Source of the DNA: Torpedo marmorata
Taxonomy: Eukaryota
NCBI GenBank assembly: GCA_977017645.1
Contig: OZ360242.1
Location: forward strand, 44,330,001 to 44,394,000
Direction: 5' to 3'
Length of the DNA: 64,000 bases
Positions 25,710-37,556 of this stretch are shown here, in pieces. A program made the translations under genes and the position numbers. The notes under the pieces were generated by a model that was given only the letters and a program-made list of their open reading frames with translations, did no database searches and had not been told where the DNA came from. The number at the start of each line of letters is the position of its first letter. The first letter of the stretch is position 1.

Positions 25710-26030
25710 TGAAGGACAAGAAATTGCCACGGTCATCTACAACCCATGAATAAACAAGCTTACAAAGAAAAGCTTTATAACATTTTTACCAACAATTGAA
25801 CTAACTGGATTGTGGTCCATGATTTGCCAATAACTTCCATGGTCCAACAACTAGACAGAGGAGGAAGGAAGAGAGCAAAGGAAGTAGCAACAAACCTCGT
25901 AGAAGCCGCTGTTAATTCTACAGTACTGGTACAGTCAAAGAACTTTGGAGTTAGTTCATTCCTTTCCTCCAATGCTGGGCACCAAAAGGATTGGAGGACA
26001 TTGCAGACACAGAAACAACTTCATGATTTA

Positions 26031-26290
26031 GGGCGGCATGGTTAGATTAGCGGTTAGTGCAACGCTGTTACAGCACCAGTGATCGGGACTGGGGTTCGAA
26101 TCCCGCGCTGTATGTAAGGAGTTTGTACGTTCTCCCCGTGTCGGCATGGGTTTTCCCCGGGGGGCTCCTGCTTCCTCCCACCGTTCAAAAAAAAAAGTAT
26201 CGGGGGTTAAAGGTCAATTGGGTGTTTTTGGGCTGCATGAGCTCGTGGGCCCAAAAGGCCGTGCTGCATGTCTAAATTTAAATTTAAAAA
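26031..26290 (+). mobile_element. HE1/V-SINE
   Basis: Same consensus. Confidence 0.88.
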
Positions 26291-27094
26291 TGATCTCACT
26301 TCCAAAGTCTCTTTTTGTTTTATTCTTGATGTGGATGGTGTTATTTGTGCCCCTTTAAAACAAGGGACCACTTTTATTCAATTCATTTTGATTGGTGATG
26401 TTGATGCAACCTTTTATAGGCAGTTAGGAGTAGAACTTGCATTTTAATTTCAGAGGCAATGAAGAACGAATTAAATGAATAATCATATTTCCTATCAATA
26501 AGATTTTCCATCTGGCTGAGGAACTGTACCTGATCTCAGATAACACATCCAATTGCTCCATGCAGCAACGAGAGTATTAAGAATCTGTGATGAGGTAGCT
26601 TCTGTCTTAACTAGTGTCTGTCACTGAAAACGGCAGATATTACCCATCAGAAAAAAACACAAGAACTGCAGATGCTAGAATCTTGAGCAACAATCTCCCC
26701 TTCCCATCCTAGTCACGAAAAAGCCTGAAACTTTGATTGTCTATTTCTCTCTATGGATGCTGCCTGACCTGCCGAGTCCATCCAGCTCCTCTGTTAGCCA
26801 ACACAGATCAGTTGTCCAGCAATGTGAGTGTCATAACTGAAGACACGTGCAAAACTCACCCCAACAAAGTTCACACTTCCAGCAGAGAATGTACCGAAAA
26901 TTGCACAAGGTGAGATTTAAAAATAAAAGCAACTATTGTAATCAGGGTTAGAAAAAGTGTACATTTGGATATGTTATAACTACTTGGGGGATTCAGCATG
27001 GTTATTATGATCAGTGGGACATAGTTCGATAAGAGTTCTCTCATACAGCTGTTAACGTGGTGCAGAGTGAAGAACCAATGGATGTCAGGTAAGT

Positions 27095-27230
27095 GAAACA
27101 TGAAAGTCTGCAGACACAGTGATTGTAGTCAGAATACTAAAATGCTAGAGGAACTCAGCACATCATGCAGCATCCACAGGAGGTAAAGATATATAACCGA
27201 CATTTTGGGTCTGAGCCCTTCTTCAAGGTT
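27095..27230 (-). mobile_element. Penelope-derived terminal-repeat fragment
   Basis: Collinear with 18500-18640. Confidence 0.75.
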
Positions 27231-27236
27231 GTCAAG

Positions 27237-27412
27237 TAGGGTGGCCATTCCAAAAGGAGAACATGGTCATAGGTTACCATATATATATATATATATATAC
27301 AGTGTGTTTGCATTTGTTGTTTTTGCAATACCGTTTAAATATTATAAAAAAATAATTTTTTTTTGAAACCCACTGTATATATATATGGTAACCTTTTGGA
27401 ATGGCCACCCTA
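27237..27412. mobile_element. hAT (Blackjack-like) MITE
   Basis: 21-bp TIR TAGGGTGGCCATTCCAAAAGG; 8-bp TSD (T/A)TGTCAAG. Confidence 0.82.
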
Positions 27413-30400
27413 ATGTCAAGTGAATGGTTTTTCAGAAGCTGGTTGATAATGCAGCAGAAATAGAGCTGGAAATAACCCGTGGTATCGATCAGAAACCACC
27501 TGGGAGTCAGAAGGAAAGTTATATAGAACACTGCGTTCAATAACTGGAAGGTAAGGAAAGGGAACAGCAGGCCACTTGGGCCTTAAAACTTGCACTTCCC
27601 TTTGACAAGATCATAACTGATCTTTTACCTCTATGCCTCTCACAACCAATCTCCATAACATTGATTTCCCTGGACTCCAAAATATCTGAGCACTCACAGT
27701 CGTCTGATATGAGGACCACGGAGATTCACAACCTTGTGGATGAAGATGGCCCCCTGCCCTTAGTTCCAACATACTGTATCACACATTTTCTTGAGTCTAT
27801 GTGCTATGGTTCAGAACACTTCACAATACCTCGACAACCAACCTCTCAAGCCCTTTTAGAATCTTATGTTTCAATATTTTTCAATAGCAACCTGCAGCTA
27901 ATTAGGATTTTTAGAAGGCATTTGATGAATTCCCTTGAAAGAGACAATTAATTAAACAAAACTTTGGATTTCAAGTCACAGAGTTGTACTGGCAAGGAAA
28001 CTAGCTGAGCAACAGGAGACAGGGAGTAGGGATAGCAGGCAGTTACTCAAATTAGTAGGTTGTAGTTGTGGCAACCCACATGGATATGTGTTGGGGCTGC
28101 AGACAAACACAAGAGATGGTGGATTAGAAAGCTCTGTACCCAAGTTTGGCAATTACACATCGATGGGCAGCATTGTTAGTGGCGTAGACAAACACATTAG
28201 ATTTTACAGAGGCATTAATAAAGTGTATTACAGTGAGCCTGAATGTCAGTAGTAGGAACGTTGCTGGGGGGAGGGAGGAATTCTGAGGGACAAGATCTAC
28301 AAGCATTTGGATAGGCAGAGACTGATTAGAGGAGGGGGGAATGGAGGAAGTGGACTGAGTATGGGTGTGGACCTGTGTGTGTTCAGAGAACATCTGCTAG
28401 CAGGAGCACATACACTGCCACCCTGATATCCGTTTTCTCCATCACAAATTTGTTTTTTTCCACAGTTTGATTGTCATTATCTATGACTTCCCAATCCTGC
28501 TGCTGCTGACCTAAAACTTCATTCAAGTGGAGATCTCACTATGTCCCTGGAAGTAAACTGAAATGCTTGGGAACTGATCACATCGTCAGTGCAATTAATG
28601 GCAATTAAGGCATTGAAACTTTGGAAGACAGTAAGTAAACATAGTAGATGGTCAGGAAGGGGACTGGGTAATCCTGTTAGAGTCAACTATGAGTCACGAG
28701 AAGGCAGTGAGCCATTGATTTTGGATTTGGCGCGGAAACGTTTAAGAACCCATAATTGGAGAACTGGAATATAAAGGTGTATTCCTGATGCTCCAGTAAC
28801 ACAAAACCCTGGATATACTAAAGATGAAGTACTATAAGCTCTGGACGAAGGTTATTCAGGAGGATATGCAACAGAGACACGAGGTTGCTGTTTGTTTTTG
28901 TTGTAACCTGGAGCAAAAAACAAACTGCTGGAAGAACTCAGTGGGTCAGGCAATATCTGTGGAGGCAAAGAGAGGGGTGACATTTATGACCTTCTGAGTT
29001 CCTCCAACATTTTGTTTGTTTAGGGTAGATGCATTGACCTTTGAGGGAGTACAGCAGAAAAACAATGCCTCCAAGAGTGAGGATATGGGGAGAAGTTATC
29101 AAAACCGCAGTGGTTTTTTGTGGCATTTAGAAGACTTTGGGGTTATTTGTTTGAAGTTTTCAAAATATAAGGATGAACTGTTGGAGTGGTCTGAGATATT
29201 TCTGCTTACTGTGAAAGTATTGGACTCAGAGAAAAGTCTGAAAGATAGAGCCAGAGTAGAAAAGTTAGGGAATGTTTATATCTACAATCTGAAATTTTCT
29301 GTGACAAAAGATGCTAGTTTTTTTTCCACCCACTTTAAATCTGAGATTGATGGATTTACTATTAGAAAGAGATATTTAGGGAAATTCAGCTAGGTCACAG
29401 GGAGACCAGGATATGGAAATAGAGGATCACTATTCAAAGTGTAAGAGTTCAGCAAATTAGATTTATCACTAAACATTAGATCTCAATGTGACCTAGGAAT
29501 CAAGGCATCCCCCATTCTCAAACACTTTAAATTTCTCATCTAAATGATCTCTTTCTGCTCTCTCTCACCTCAATCCAAATTCTTTTTATTCCTCCATTTC
29601 CAAAAGGCTTTAATAAGTCCACAATTGATAGTGAGGGAAAGTTACTCCAAATACTCCACCCTACCTGTTACACCAATTAAGAGCTAAAGGATGCCCCTCA
29701 AGACTACTCCTGAACTGTTAATTAATACAGGATAAGTCGACAATTCAATTGAGTGAAGCTGCCTCTGTTCAGGAATGTCTCAGAAATAGTTCATTTCTGG
29801 TAAATTGTGTTGGAAACTTGTGCACATTTTGTCATTGCTTACTCTTGATTGTCCATATCTGGACAATTCTGCTCAGTTAATCGGATGGTTCCAACTGCAT
29901 TTAGTTTTAGTTGGCTGCACTGACATTGGGGGGAAAAAAAACGGAGTGTCTTCAACTGTGATAGGCTTGGGTATATAAGTTTGTGCACTATTGTTCTCAA
30001 AATATTAAGATGTGATACAACAAGATGTAAAGGGAGGAAGGGAATCTGGAATAATGGGAATGATCTAGACAGGAAGCACAGAAGGGAAAATTTAGAAGCA
30101 AACCATGAAGAAAGGAAACTGACTATTTTGATCAATGCGTGGATTGAATTAGATCAAAGGAAACAAGGGCTTCCTTTGGATCAGTTAACCAGCCACCTCA
30201 ATGAACAGCTTGAACATTTTTATTCTGTAATCCAAGTTACGTGGTTGTTATCTTCCCAATTTGACTCCAATCATTAACTTCGACAAGCAAATGTTGAACT
30301 CCAGATAAAGATCAAGGTTATAAGGAAAATTCATTTTTTAATGTGCTCTTAGTGATTAATGACTTCCAGATAATAATGTTGTAATATGAATTTTAAGAAG

Positions 30401-30920
30401 TGTATTTTTTAATTTTTAAACCAGGTCTGTATTGTTAAATTGACTACTTCACTTTACATGCATAGATGTGCTTAAACAAAGTGTTTGTTAAGAGTACATT
30501 TAATTGGTCTAGTCCTCAATATCTGCAGCAAACTATAATTGAAGTGGTTCTTTGTAAACTCTCCTTTGGCTATACTTGTTTTGTACGGAATTGTGCTTGT
30601 ATGGAGATGGTTTCAGAACCAGAGACAGTTACCAATCTCGATCCCCGGTCAACTTCAGCACAGAAGCCAGAGAATCACTAGTTTTATTATGAACTTCAGG
30701 CACTATCTGGTTGAAGTGAGTAGCAGAGAAATCTTATTTAAAAAGGGGAAAGTACATGAGGGCAGTAAGAATAGAAAATTAAGCAGAGAGTAGGAGGAAG
30801 CCTGTGTAGAACGTGGCCTTCCTTCCATGTTATAGATTCATCAAGATGGCCCTGGTATTAAAATCCATGCTATCAAACTCGTTGCTATTCTCTCAATGTG
30901 TTACCAGGCATATGACTCAC

Positions 30921-31254
30921 CTTTTCTGATTGGCTGCCTGTTTGAGAATGTCAGAGGAGCAACCAGAAACTTGGTTTCAGCCACAGGTGCCCAATGGTGC
31001 AGAATCTTTACTGTCCACAGGCCCGGCCGCAGAGGTAAGTTCAAGGGAGGTTTGTAGTGAGTGAACTCGGCACCCGAGTCAACCTGGATATCATAGGTTG
31101 CTGCAATAATGTTAATTGGATCAATCCAGACAACGGTGACTGTCACATTGGGACCTTTGCCCCATTTCTGCATGCCAATAGGCTCCTCCATGGGTCCAAT
31201 GAGGCCTCCATAGTTCCGGAAAATCCTTTCCTTTGCATCCCACTCTGTGCCAAT
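30921..31254 (-). CDS. XYLT1: XYLT1 exon 11 (334 bp)
   Basis: tttcag|ATT GGC ACA; encodes [22 protein letters not shown]...[12 protein letters not shown]...NRQPIRK; ends G|gtgagt (phase 1). Confidence 0.97.
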
Positions 31255-32059
31255 CTGAAAGCAAATAAATTCTATGTTCAAAGAAAAGCCTGTAAATCCT
31301 CATATAAACACCTGCAAAGACAATAAACGACAGGTGTACCTTTTTAACTGAAAGAAAATGAGGCAGCAACTTGGTATCTGTTGGGATGAAGCTCAGAGAT
31401 GATCGTTTGGTAAATACATTCCTTTCAGCTTCTATCCTGATCTCCAGTGCTGTCTGCATGGAGCTTCTACCTTCTCCCTGTGACTGCCATACACTTTCTT
31501 GTTCAAGTTTTTGTGAGATTTCAAATGTCACATATTTTAGAGTTAGCCCATAAAACAGCTATAACATGTAGCAGTCGGATGACCTGTGCCTAATTCATGC
31601 AGATTTCTGATCCATTTGAGCATGCTCATCTATTTTCAGGTAGTCACTAAGCAGATGCCAAGTACTTTGCACATGTGAATGGAACGCCCACCAGCTCAGC
31701 ATCTCCACTCCGATGAGTGGAGTTCCTCTCTTTTTGGCAACCTCTCTGCGGAGTTGGGGGACCCAGCAGTACTTTTCCTTACTCCAAAACTTCCAAAAAT
31801 TCACTCCCACCCCAATTTTAGTGGCTGCTCCTCCACTCTTATCAATTTTATTTCACTCAGAGGTTTGCATTCAACATTTCCAACGGCCCGTGGACAGCGA
31901 TGGACATAGGCATGTCACAAGTTTTGGAGGCGGGGGTGGGGGAGGGAGTGAACAGTGTGGCCAAAGGACTAATGCTGAACCATCCATTAAAAGTTCAGAT
32001 AGGTGACCTCTCTCACTGATTACAGCTGGTCGCATGATCAGGAGAATCACTTTATCAAA

Positions 32060-32885
32060 GTTTAAAGTTCAGATTTATTATTAGAGTACATACATGACAT
32101 CACATACAACCCTGAAATTATTTTTCCTGCAGAATTTCTACGTATCGGAAGTGTACAAAACTGTACTCAATAAAAGATATGCATATAAAAGGGGCAGCAC
32201 GGTTGGCGTAGCGGTTAGCGCAACGCCTTTACAACACCAGTGATCGGGACCGGGGTTCGAATCCTGCACTGTCTGTAAGGAGTTTGTACGTTCTCCCCGT
32301 GTCTGTGTGGGTTTTCTCCGGGGGCTCCGGTTTCCTCCCACCGTTCAAAACGTACCGGGGGTGTAGGTTAATTGGGTGTAAATTTGGGCGGCACGGACTC
32401 ATGGGCCGAAATGGCCTGTTACCGTGCTGTATGTCTAAAAAAAATACAAAAGAGAAAAATGTAAACAAAGAAAAGAAATGTAAACAAACTGATTGTGCAA
32501 TACAGAAAATAAATATTCAATAATAAATAATGTTCAAAGTAAAAGTCCTTAAATGAGTCTCTGATTGAGTTTGTTGTTTAGGAGTCTGATGGTGGAGGGG
32601 TAGTAATTGTTCCTGAATCTGGTGAAACGAGTCTTGTGGCACTATACCTCTTTCCTGATAGCAGCAGCGAGAAAATAGCATATCCTGGGTGGTGTGGCTC
32701 CTTGATGATTGCTGCTGCTCTCCGACGACAACGTTCCATGTAGATTTTCTCGATGGTGGGGAAACTTTTGCCTGCAATGTACTGGGCTGTGTCCACTACT
32801 TTTTGCAGGACTTTCTGCTCAGAGATACTGGTGGCCCTTATCAGGCCGTGATGCAGCCGGTCAGCACACTTTCCACTGCACATCA
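32060..32885 (-). mobile_element. Rex1/Babar-type LINE 3' fragment interrupted by a SINE
   Basis: CRRRAAAIIKEPHHPG...SGKRY; same 3' UTR family as above. Confidence 0.83.
32191..32444 (+). mobile_element. HE1/V-SINE nested in a Rex LINE 3' UTR
   Basis: Near-consensus copy. Confidence 0.9.
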
Positions 32886-33774
32886 GCTAATCTCTTGAGC
32901 TCACAGTAGTGGCAGAAGAGGAGGACCAATAAAACAGCAACCTTCTTACAGCAACATGTGGAGATTAGATAGAGCCCGAGAAATCTGTTTCCATGGTTGC
33001 CTCTGTGAGCAGACAGACACTGATACAGGACTGAATGAGACTAGCTTGTCTAGCTAGTACCTGCAGTGAACTTCATTTTCAGTCCTCTAATGGATCATGT
33101 GCTCTTTAATCACAGGTCTTTTGTAACAATAAATGGGACAGCCTTACACCTAAGTGCCTTTTGTAAGGATTGCCAAGACCGAAGCCTCACTGGGCTTTCT
33201 TCTTTCATCTGCTGTCATTGATGCTGCTGTTTCAATAGAGAATCTCTGACGGAAGACCTAAAGGAACCGATTTTCTATAGAAAGGGTTTACTTGTCCTGA
33301 ATAAACTTAACAACTGACTTCACCTTGCCTTGGAGACCTGCCAGAGAGACAGCTCTATAACATCTTGTTTTGCTGCTTTTGTTACATTTATAAACATGAG
33401 TCTCTGATACTCCTGTACCTCTCTCAGGGACTTCTTCTGATCCGAACTCCCATTCCTATCTGAGGAGTTGCTACAGCTGGCTCTTGCCTTCTGGAGTTCT
33501 CCCTGGCAGCTCTGATTCTGTCCTGCAATCCTCTCCATCCAACCCTGTTCTTCCTACACAATTTGCCTAATGCTAGCTTGAGGATGTCTCTTTTTGTTTG
33601 ATCTCAGGAAGACTATTCCATGGGTCATTCCTTGAAATCAGGTTAAGGGTACTGCTTTTTCCTGCATAAGTATTCTTTCTGCTTTGAAAAATAAAACTCG
33701 TCCAGTAATCCATCCTAAATACTTGTAAATGCCTACTCTGTGAACCACACAGAGTGGTGAGAGGAAGGAGTTTT

Positions 33775-34429
33775 GGAACACGACAGCACAGTACAGCCCC
33801 TCTGGCCCTCGATGTTGTGCCGACATATATATTCCTACCAAAAAAAACCAAAAACACTAAATCCTTCCTACCTCGTAACCATCTATTTTTCATTCATCCA
33901 TATGCCTGTCTAAGAGTCTCTTAAATGTCCCTAATGTTTCAGCTGCCACCACCACCCCTGGCAAGGCATTCCAGGCACCCACAACTTTCTGTGTAAAAAA
34001 CTTACCCCGATGGCTCCCCTAAATTTTCCTCCCTTCACGTTGTACAGATGTCCTCTGGCGTTTGCTACTCCTGCCCTGGGAAAAAGGTGCTGGCTGCCTA
34101 CCTTATCTATGCCTCTCAGAATCTTGTAGAACTCTGTTAAATCACCTCTCATCGTTCTTCGCTCCAGAGAGAAAAGTCCTGGCTCTGCTAACCTTGCCTC
34201 ATAAGACTTGTTTCCCAATCCAGGCAACATCCTGGTAAATCTCCTCTGCACCCTCTCCAGAGCTTCCACATCTTTCCTATAATAAGGCGACCAGAACTGA
34301 ACACAATATTCCAAGTGTGGTCTCACCAGAGATTTGTAGAGTTGCAACATGACCTCTCGACTCCTGAACTCAATCCCCCGACTTATGAAGCCCAGCATCC
34401 CATAGGCCTTCTTAACTATCCTATCAACA
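33775..34429 (-). mobile_element. CR1 3' fragment
   Basis: ORF 33931-34398 LYKSLVRPHLEYCVQFWSP; CR1 3' tail. Confidence 0.88.
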
Positions 34430-34431
34430 TA

Positions 34432-35730
34432 CCGTATATTTTGGCGTATAAGTCGAGTCTTGAAACCCTCAAAAATCTCTCAAAAAACGCGGTCGACTTA
34501 TACGCCGGATATACTATCGAGACATTAAAATCAGCTCAAAAACTACTCCACGCCGATTCGGCATATAAGTCGACCCTTGAAATCCCGATTTGGCGTATAA
34601 GTCGACCCTTGAAAACCCGATTCGGCATATAATTCGACCCATGAAAAACCGATTCGGCGTATAGGTCAACCCTGGAAGCACTTCCCCACTGCCAGTGCCG
34701 CCACTCCCCGACACCTCCCCACCGCTGGGTGCCGCCATAAACCACCCAGACATTCTACAATTGTAGACTCCCGAGGTCCCCGCTCCTGCCCTGGAGCCTA
34801 AGGTCGCCACTCCTGCCCAGTAAGCCGAGGCCGATGCTCCTGGCCGGTAGGGTGAGGTTCCCGCTCCTGCCACGTAGTCTGAGTCCATTCCCGCTCCTGC
34901 CGGAGAACAAGGTTGCCGTACCTGTCCGGGAGAACGAGGTCGCCGCACCTGCCCGGGAGAACGAGGTCGCCGCACCTGCCCGGGAGAACGAGGTCGCCGC
35001 TCCTGCCCGGGAGAATGAAGTCGCCGCACCTGCCCAGGAGAACGAGGTCGCCGCACCTGCCCGGGAGAACGAGGTCACCGCTCCTGCCCGGGAGAACGAG
35101 GTGGCCGCTCCTGCCTGGTAAGCCGAGGCTCCTGGCCGGTAGGGTAAGGTTCCCGCTCCTGCCACGTAGTCCGAGTCTGTTCCCGACCTGCCGGAAGAAT
35201 GAGGTCGCCACTCCTGCCTCGTAAGCCGAGGTCGCCACTTCTGCTGAGGAGAACGAGGTCGCCGCACCTGCCTGGGAGAACAAGGTTGCCGCTCCTGCCC
35301 GGGAGAACGAGGTCGCCGCTCCTGCCCGGGAGCCGAAACGTAGCCGTGGTTCCTGCACCGAGCACACTTGGACAGCGAGGCGACTTCTTCGATGCGGACA
35401 GCACCGCACCCGATGTGGAGAATGGAGTCGCCCGTCGCCGACTCTGGCTGCAGCCGAAGATGAAGACTTGGATCCAGCTCCGTTTGGCATCTTCCCGGCC
35501 AGAAGCAAAGGTTTTTTTTACTGTTTTTTTTTACTTGCTTGTTTAATTTACAGCTTTGTTACTTGGTGATTGGGGTATTGTAACAAATTTTGGGTTGTTG
35601 CTGGGAGGCCTGGACAGCCCGAAAATTGGGGGTCGACTTATATGCCGGATGTACAATAAAACCATTAAAATGAGGCTGAAAAAGGGGGGTCAACATATCC
35701 GCGAGTCGACTTATACGCCGAAATATACGG
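34432..35730. mobile_element. Non-autonomous Tc2/pogo-type DNA element with internal minisatellite
   Basis: TIR CCGTATATTT(T/C)GGCGTATAAGTCGA, TA TSD, subterminal repeats containing GTCGAC. Confidence 0.88.
34775..35335. repeat. 27-bp GC-rich minisatellite (GAGAACGAGGTCGCCGCACCTGCCCGG)
   Basis: Direct reading; produces 9-aa periodic pseudo-ORFs. Confidence 0.92.
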
Positions 35731-36829
35731 TAGTTATATACGAGATTTGACAGGAATGTTTTTTCATACAGAGGGTGGTTGACATCTGGAACTTGCTGTC
35801 AGAGGAGGTGGTAGAATAAGGTACAACCACAATACTTAAGAGACAATTTTAGACAGACACTTGAATAAGCAAGTGAAGGAAGGATACAGACCTAATGATG
35901 ACAAATAGAATGAGTGAAGATGTCAAAAAGGTTAGTATGGGTGTGGTGGGCTGAAGACCTGTTTCGATTCTGTGCAACTCCATGAACACTGTTATTTACA
36001 CTGGAAGAATAGAGATTTGCACAGCTGGATTTGGTGCACATGCATGGCTGTCATGAATAATGTGCATTTACCTTAGTTCGTGCAACATTATGTCCTCGTC
36101 ACGGATAAATTATATTCCTTACATCTGGTGTAAAGAGCAGACTGGGACATTTGAGGTATGCACGAGAAAGGATTCACCACAGGCAGAGGACCACATTCAT
36201 TGACTGTTGTGCTGTCGGCCCTTCTACTGCATCAGTTCACCTTCTCTTTGAGTGAAATGAAAAAGTCAGAGTGCAAAAGTCTAATTAGTTCCAAGAGGAA
36301 TGGAAAAGTCACATGAGGGCATGCTGCTGCAGTTGGATGGAGCTGGCTGGATCTGAGCCCATCTGGAGCACTGGCATCTGACCCTCAGGAAAAATGCATT
36401 GGATATGCAAGTGATGTAGTGCAGCCTCGGGGGTTTATCCCATTCACCAAACTGTTGTCACAGTCAAAAAAGTTAAACTTTCAGGGTGCTGTGTGAAAAT
36501 GGCTTATTTTCACCTGAATTCAGAAAGTTGTGGATGATCTGGGTAAAGTAATCAACATGATTAAGTTATTTGTCAGGCTTAATACAGAGAATTAAATTCA
36601 GTGGAAGAATGCAGACCAAAGAAACTGAGCCCTAAAATTAGAGCTCTGCCATTTAGGAAGTCGATCAAAAGTGGTTTTGTGCACACGAGTTGGAGTTCAG
36701 AAACACTCTTTCCCAAAGTGCTGTGGGTACTGGGCCAACTGACATTTTCATTGCTGAGAATGGATTTGGCGAGATTATGGCAGTCTATGAATCAAGGACA
36801 GATGGAGTTCATGTTCCTAGAGCACACAA

Positions 36830-37082
36830 CAGTTCAGCATAGGAACAGTCCCTGAGGCCCATCTTGCCTGTGACGACCACAATGCCAATCTAAAAACTAA
36901 TCCCATCCACCTGCACATGGTCCCTATTCCCTTCCTGTTCATATGTCTGTCTAAATCCCTCTGAAACATTACCATCTTATCTGCTACTAACATCTCTCCC
37001 AGCAGCACACTCCAGGCACCTACCATTCTCTGTGTAAAACACTTGTCTTGAACACCTCCTTTAAAGTTTCTCCCTTTCACCT
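36830..37082 (-). mobile_element. CR1 3' fragment
   Basis: FTQRMVGAW...DRHMNRKGI-like C-terminus and CR1 3' UTR. Confidence 0.7.
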
Positions 37083-37099
37083 TACCAATGTCTTCCTGA

Positions 37100-37235
37100 T
37101 TTTCAGCACTCCTGAAGAAGGGCTCAGGCCGGAAACATCAACTGCCTTGTGCTTCTTATGGATGTTGTGTGACCTGCAGAGTTTCGCCAGCACCTTTGTG
37201 TACGAGATCCCAGTATCTGCAGATTTCTTGTTTAC
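37100..37235 (+). mobile_element. Penelope-derived terminal-repeat fragment
   Basis: CCTGAAGAAGGGCTCAGGCCGGAAACATCAACTG plus the downstream conserved block. Confidence 0.7.
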
Positions 37236-37556
37236 CACCCCCCAATCCCCACCCTCCAGCCATAACATTTGATATATCCCCCGTGGAAAAAGACTCTATC
37301 TACCATATCTATGTCTCTATTCATTTTATGCATTAGAGATCAGTCATGACACAACTGAATTGTAAAAATGACTATTCCTATCGTATATTCCTATTTTTAT
37401 TGATAACAATTGTGATTCTTCACAGTGCAACATTAAAACAACTACTTTGGAATTGTGCTGTTGAAAGCAGATTTGTTAATTTATAGTCTCATTTGCCACA
37501 ACAAAAGTATAGGAAATGGGAGGCAGATCACAATCCTTTGGAGTCAATACTGGGAA

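Noticed and set aside
34514-35546. Repetitive ORFs (RENEVAAPA, SRAGAATSF)
   Set aside because: Translations of the 27-bp array inside a non-autonomous DNA transposon.
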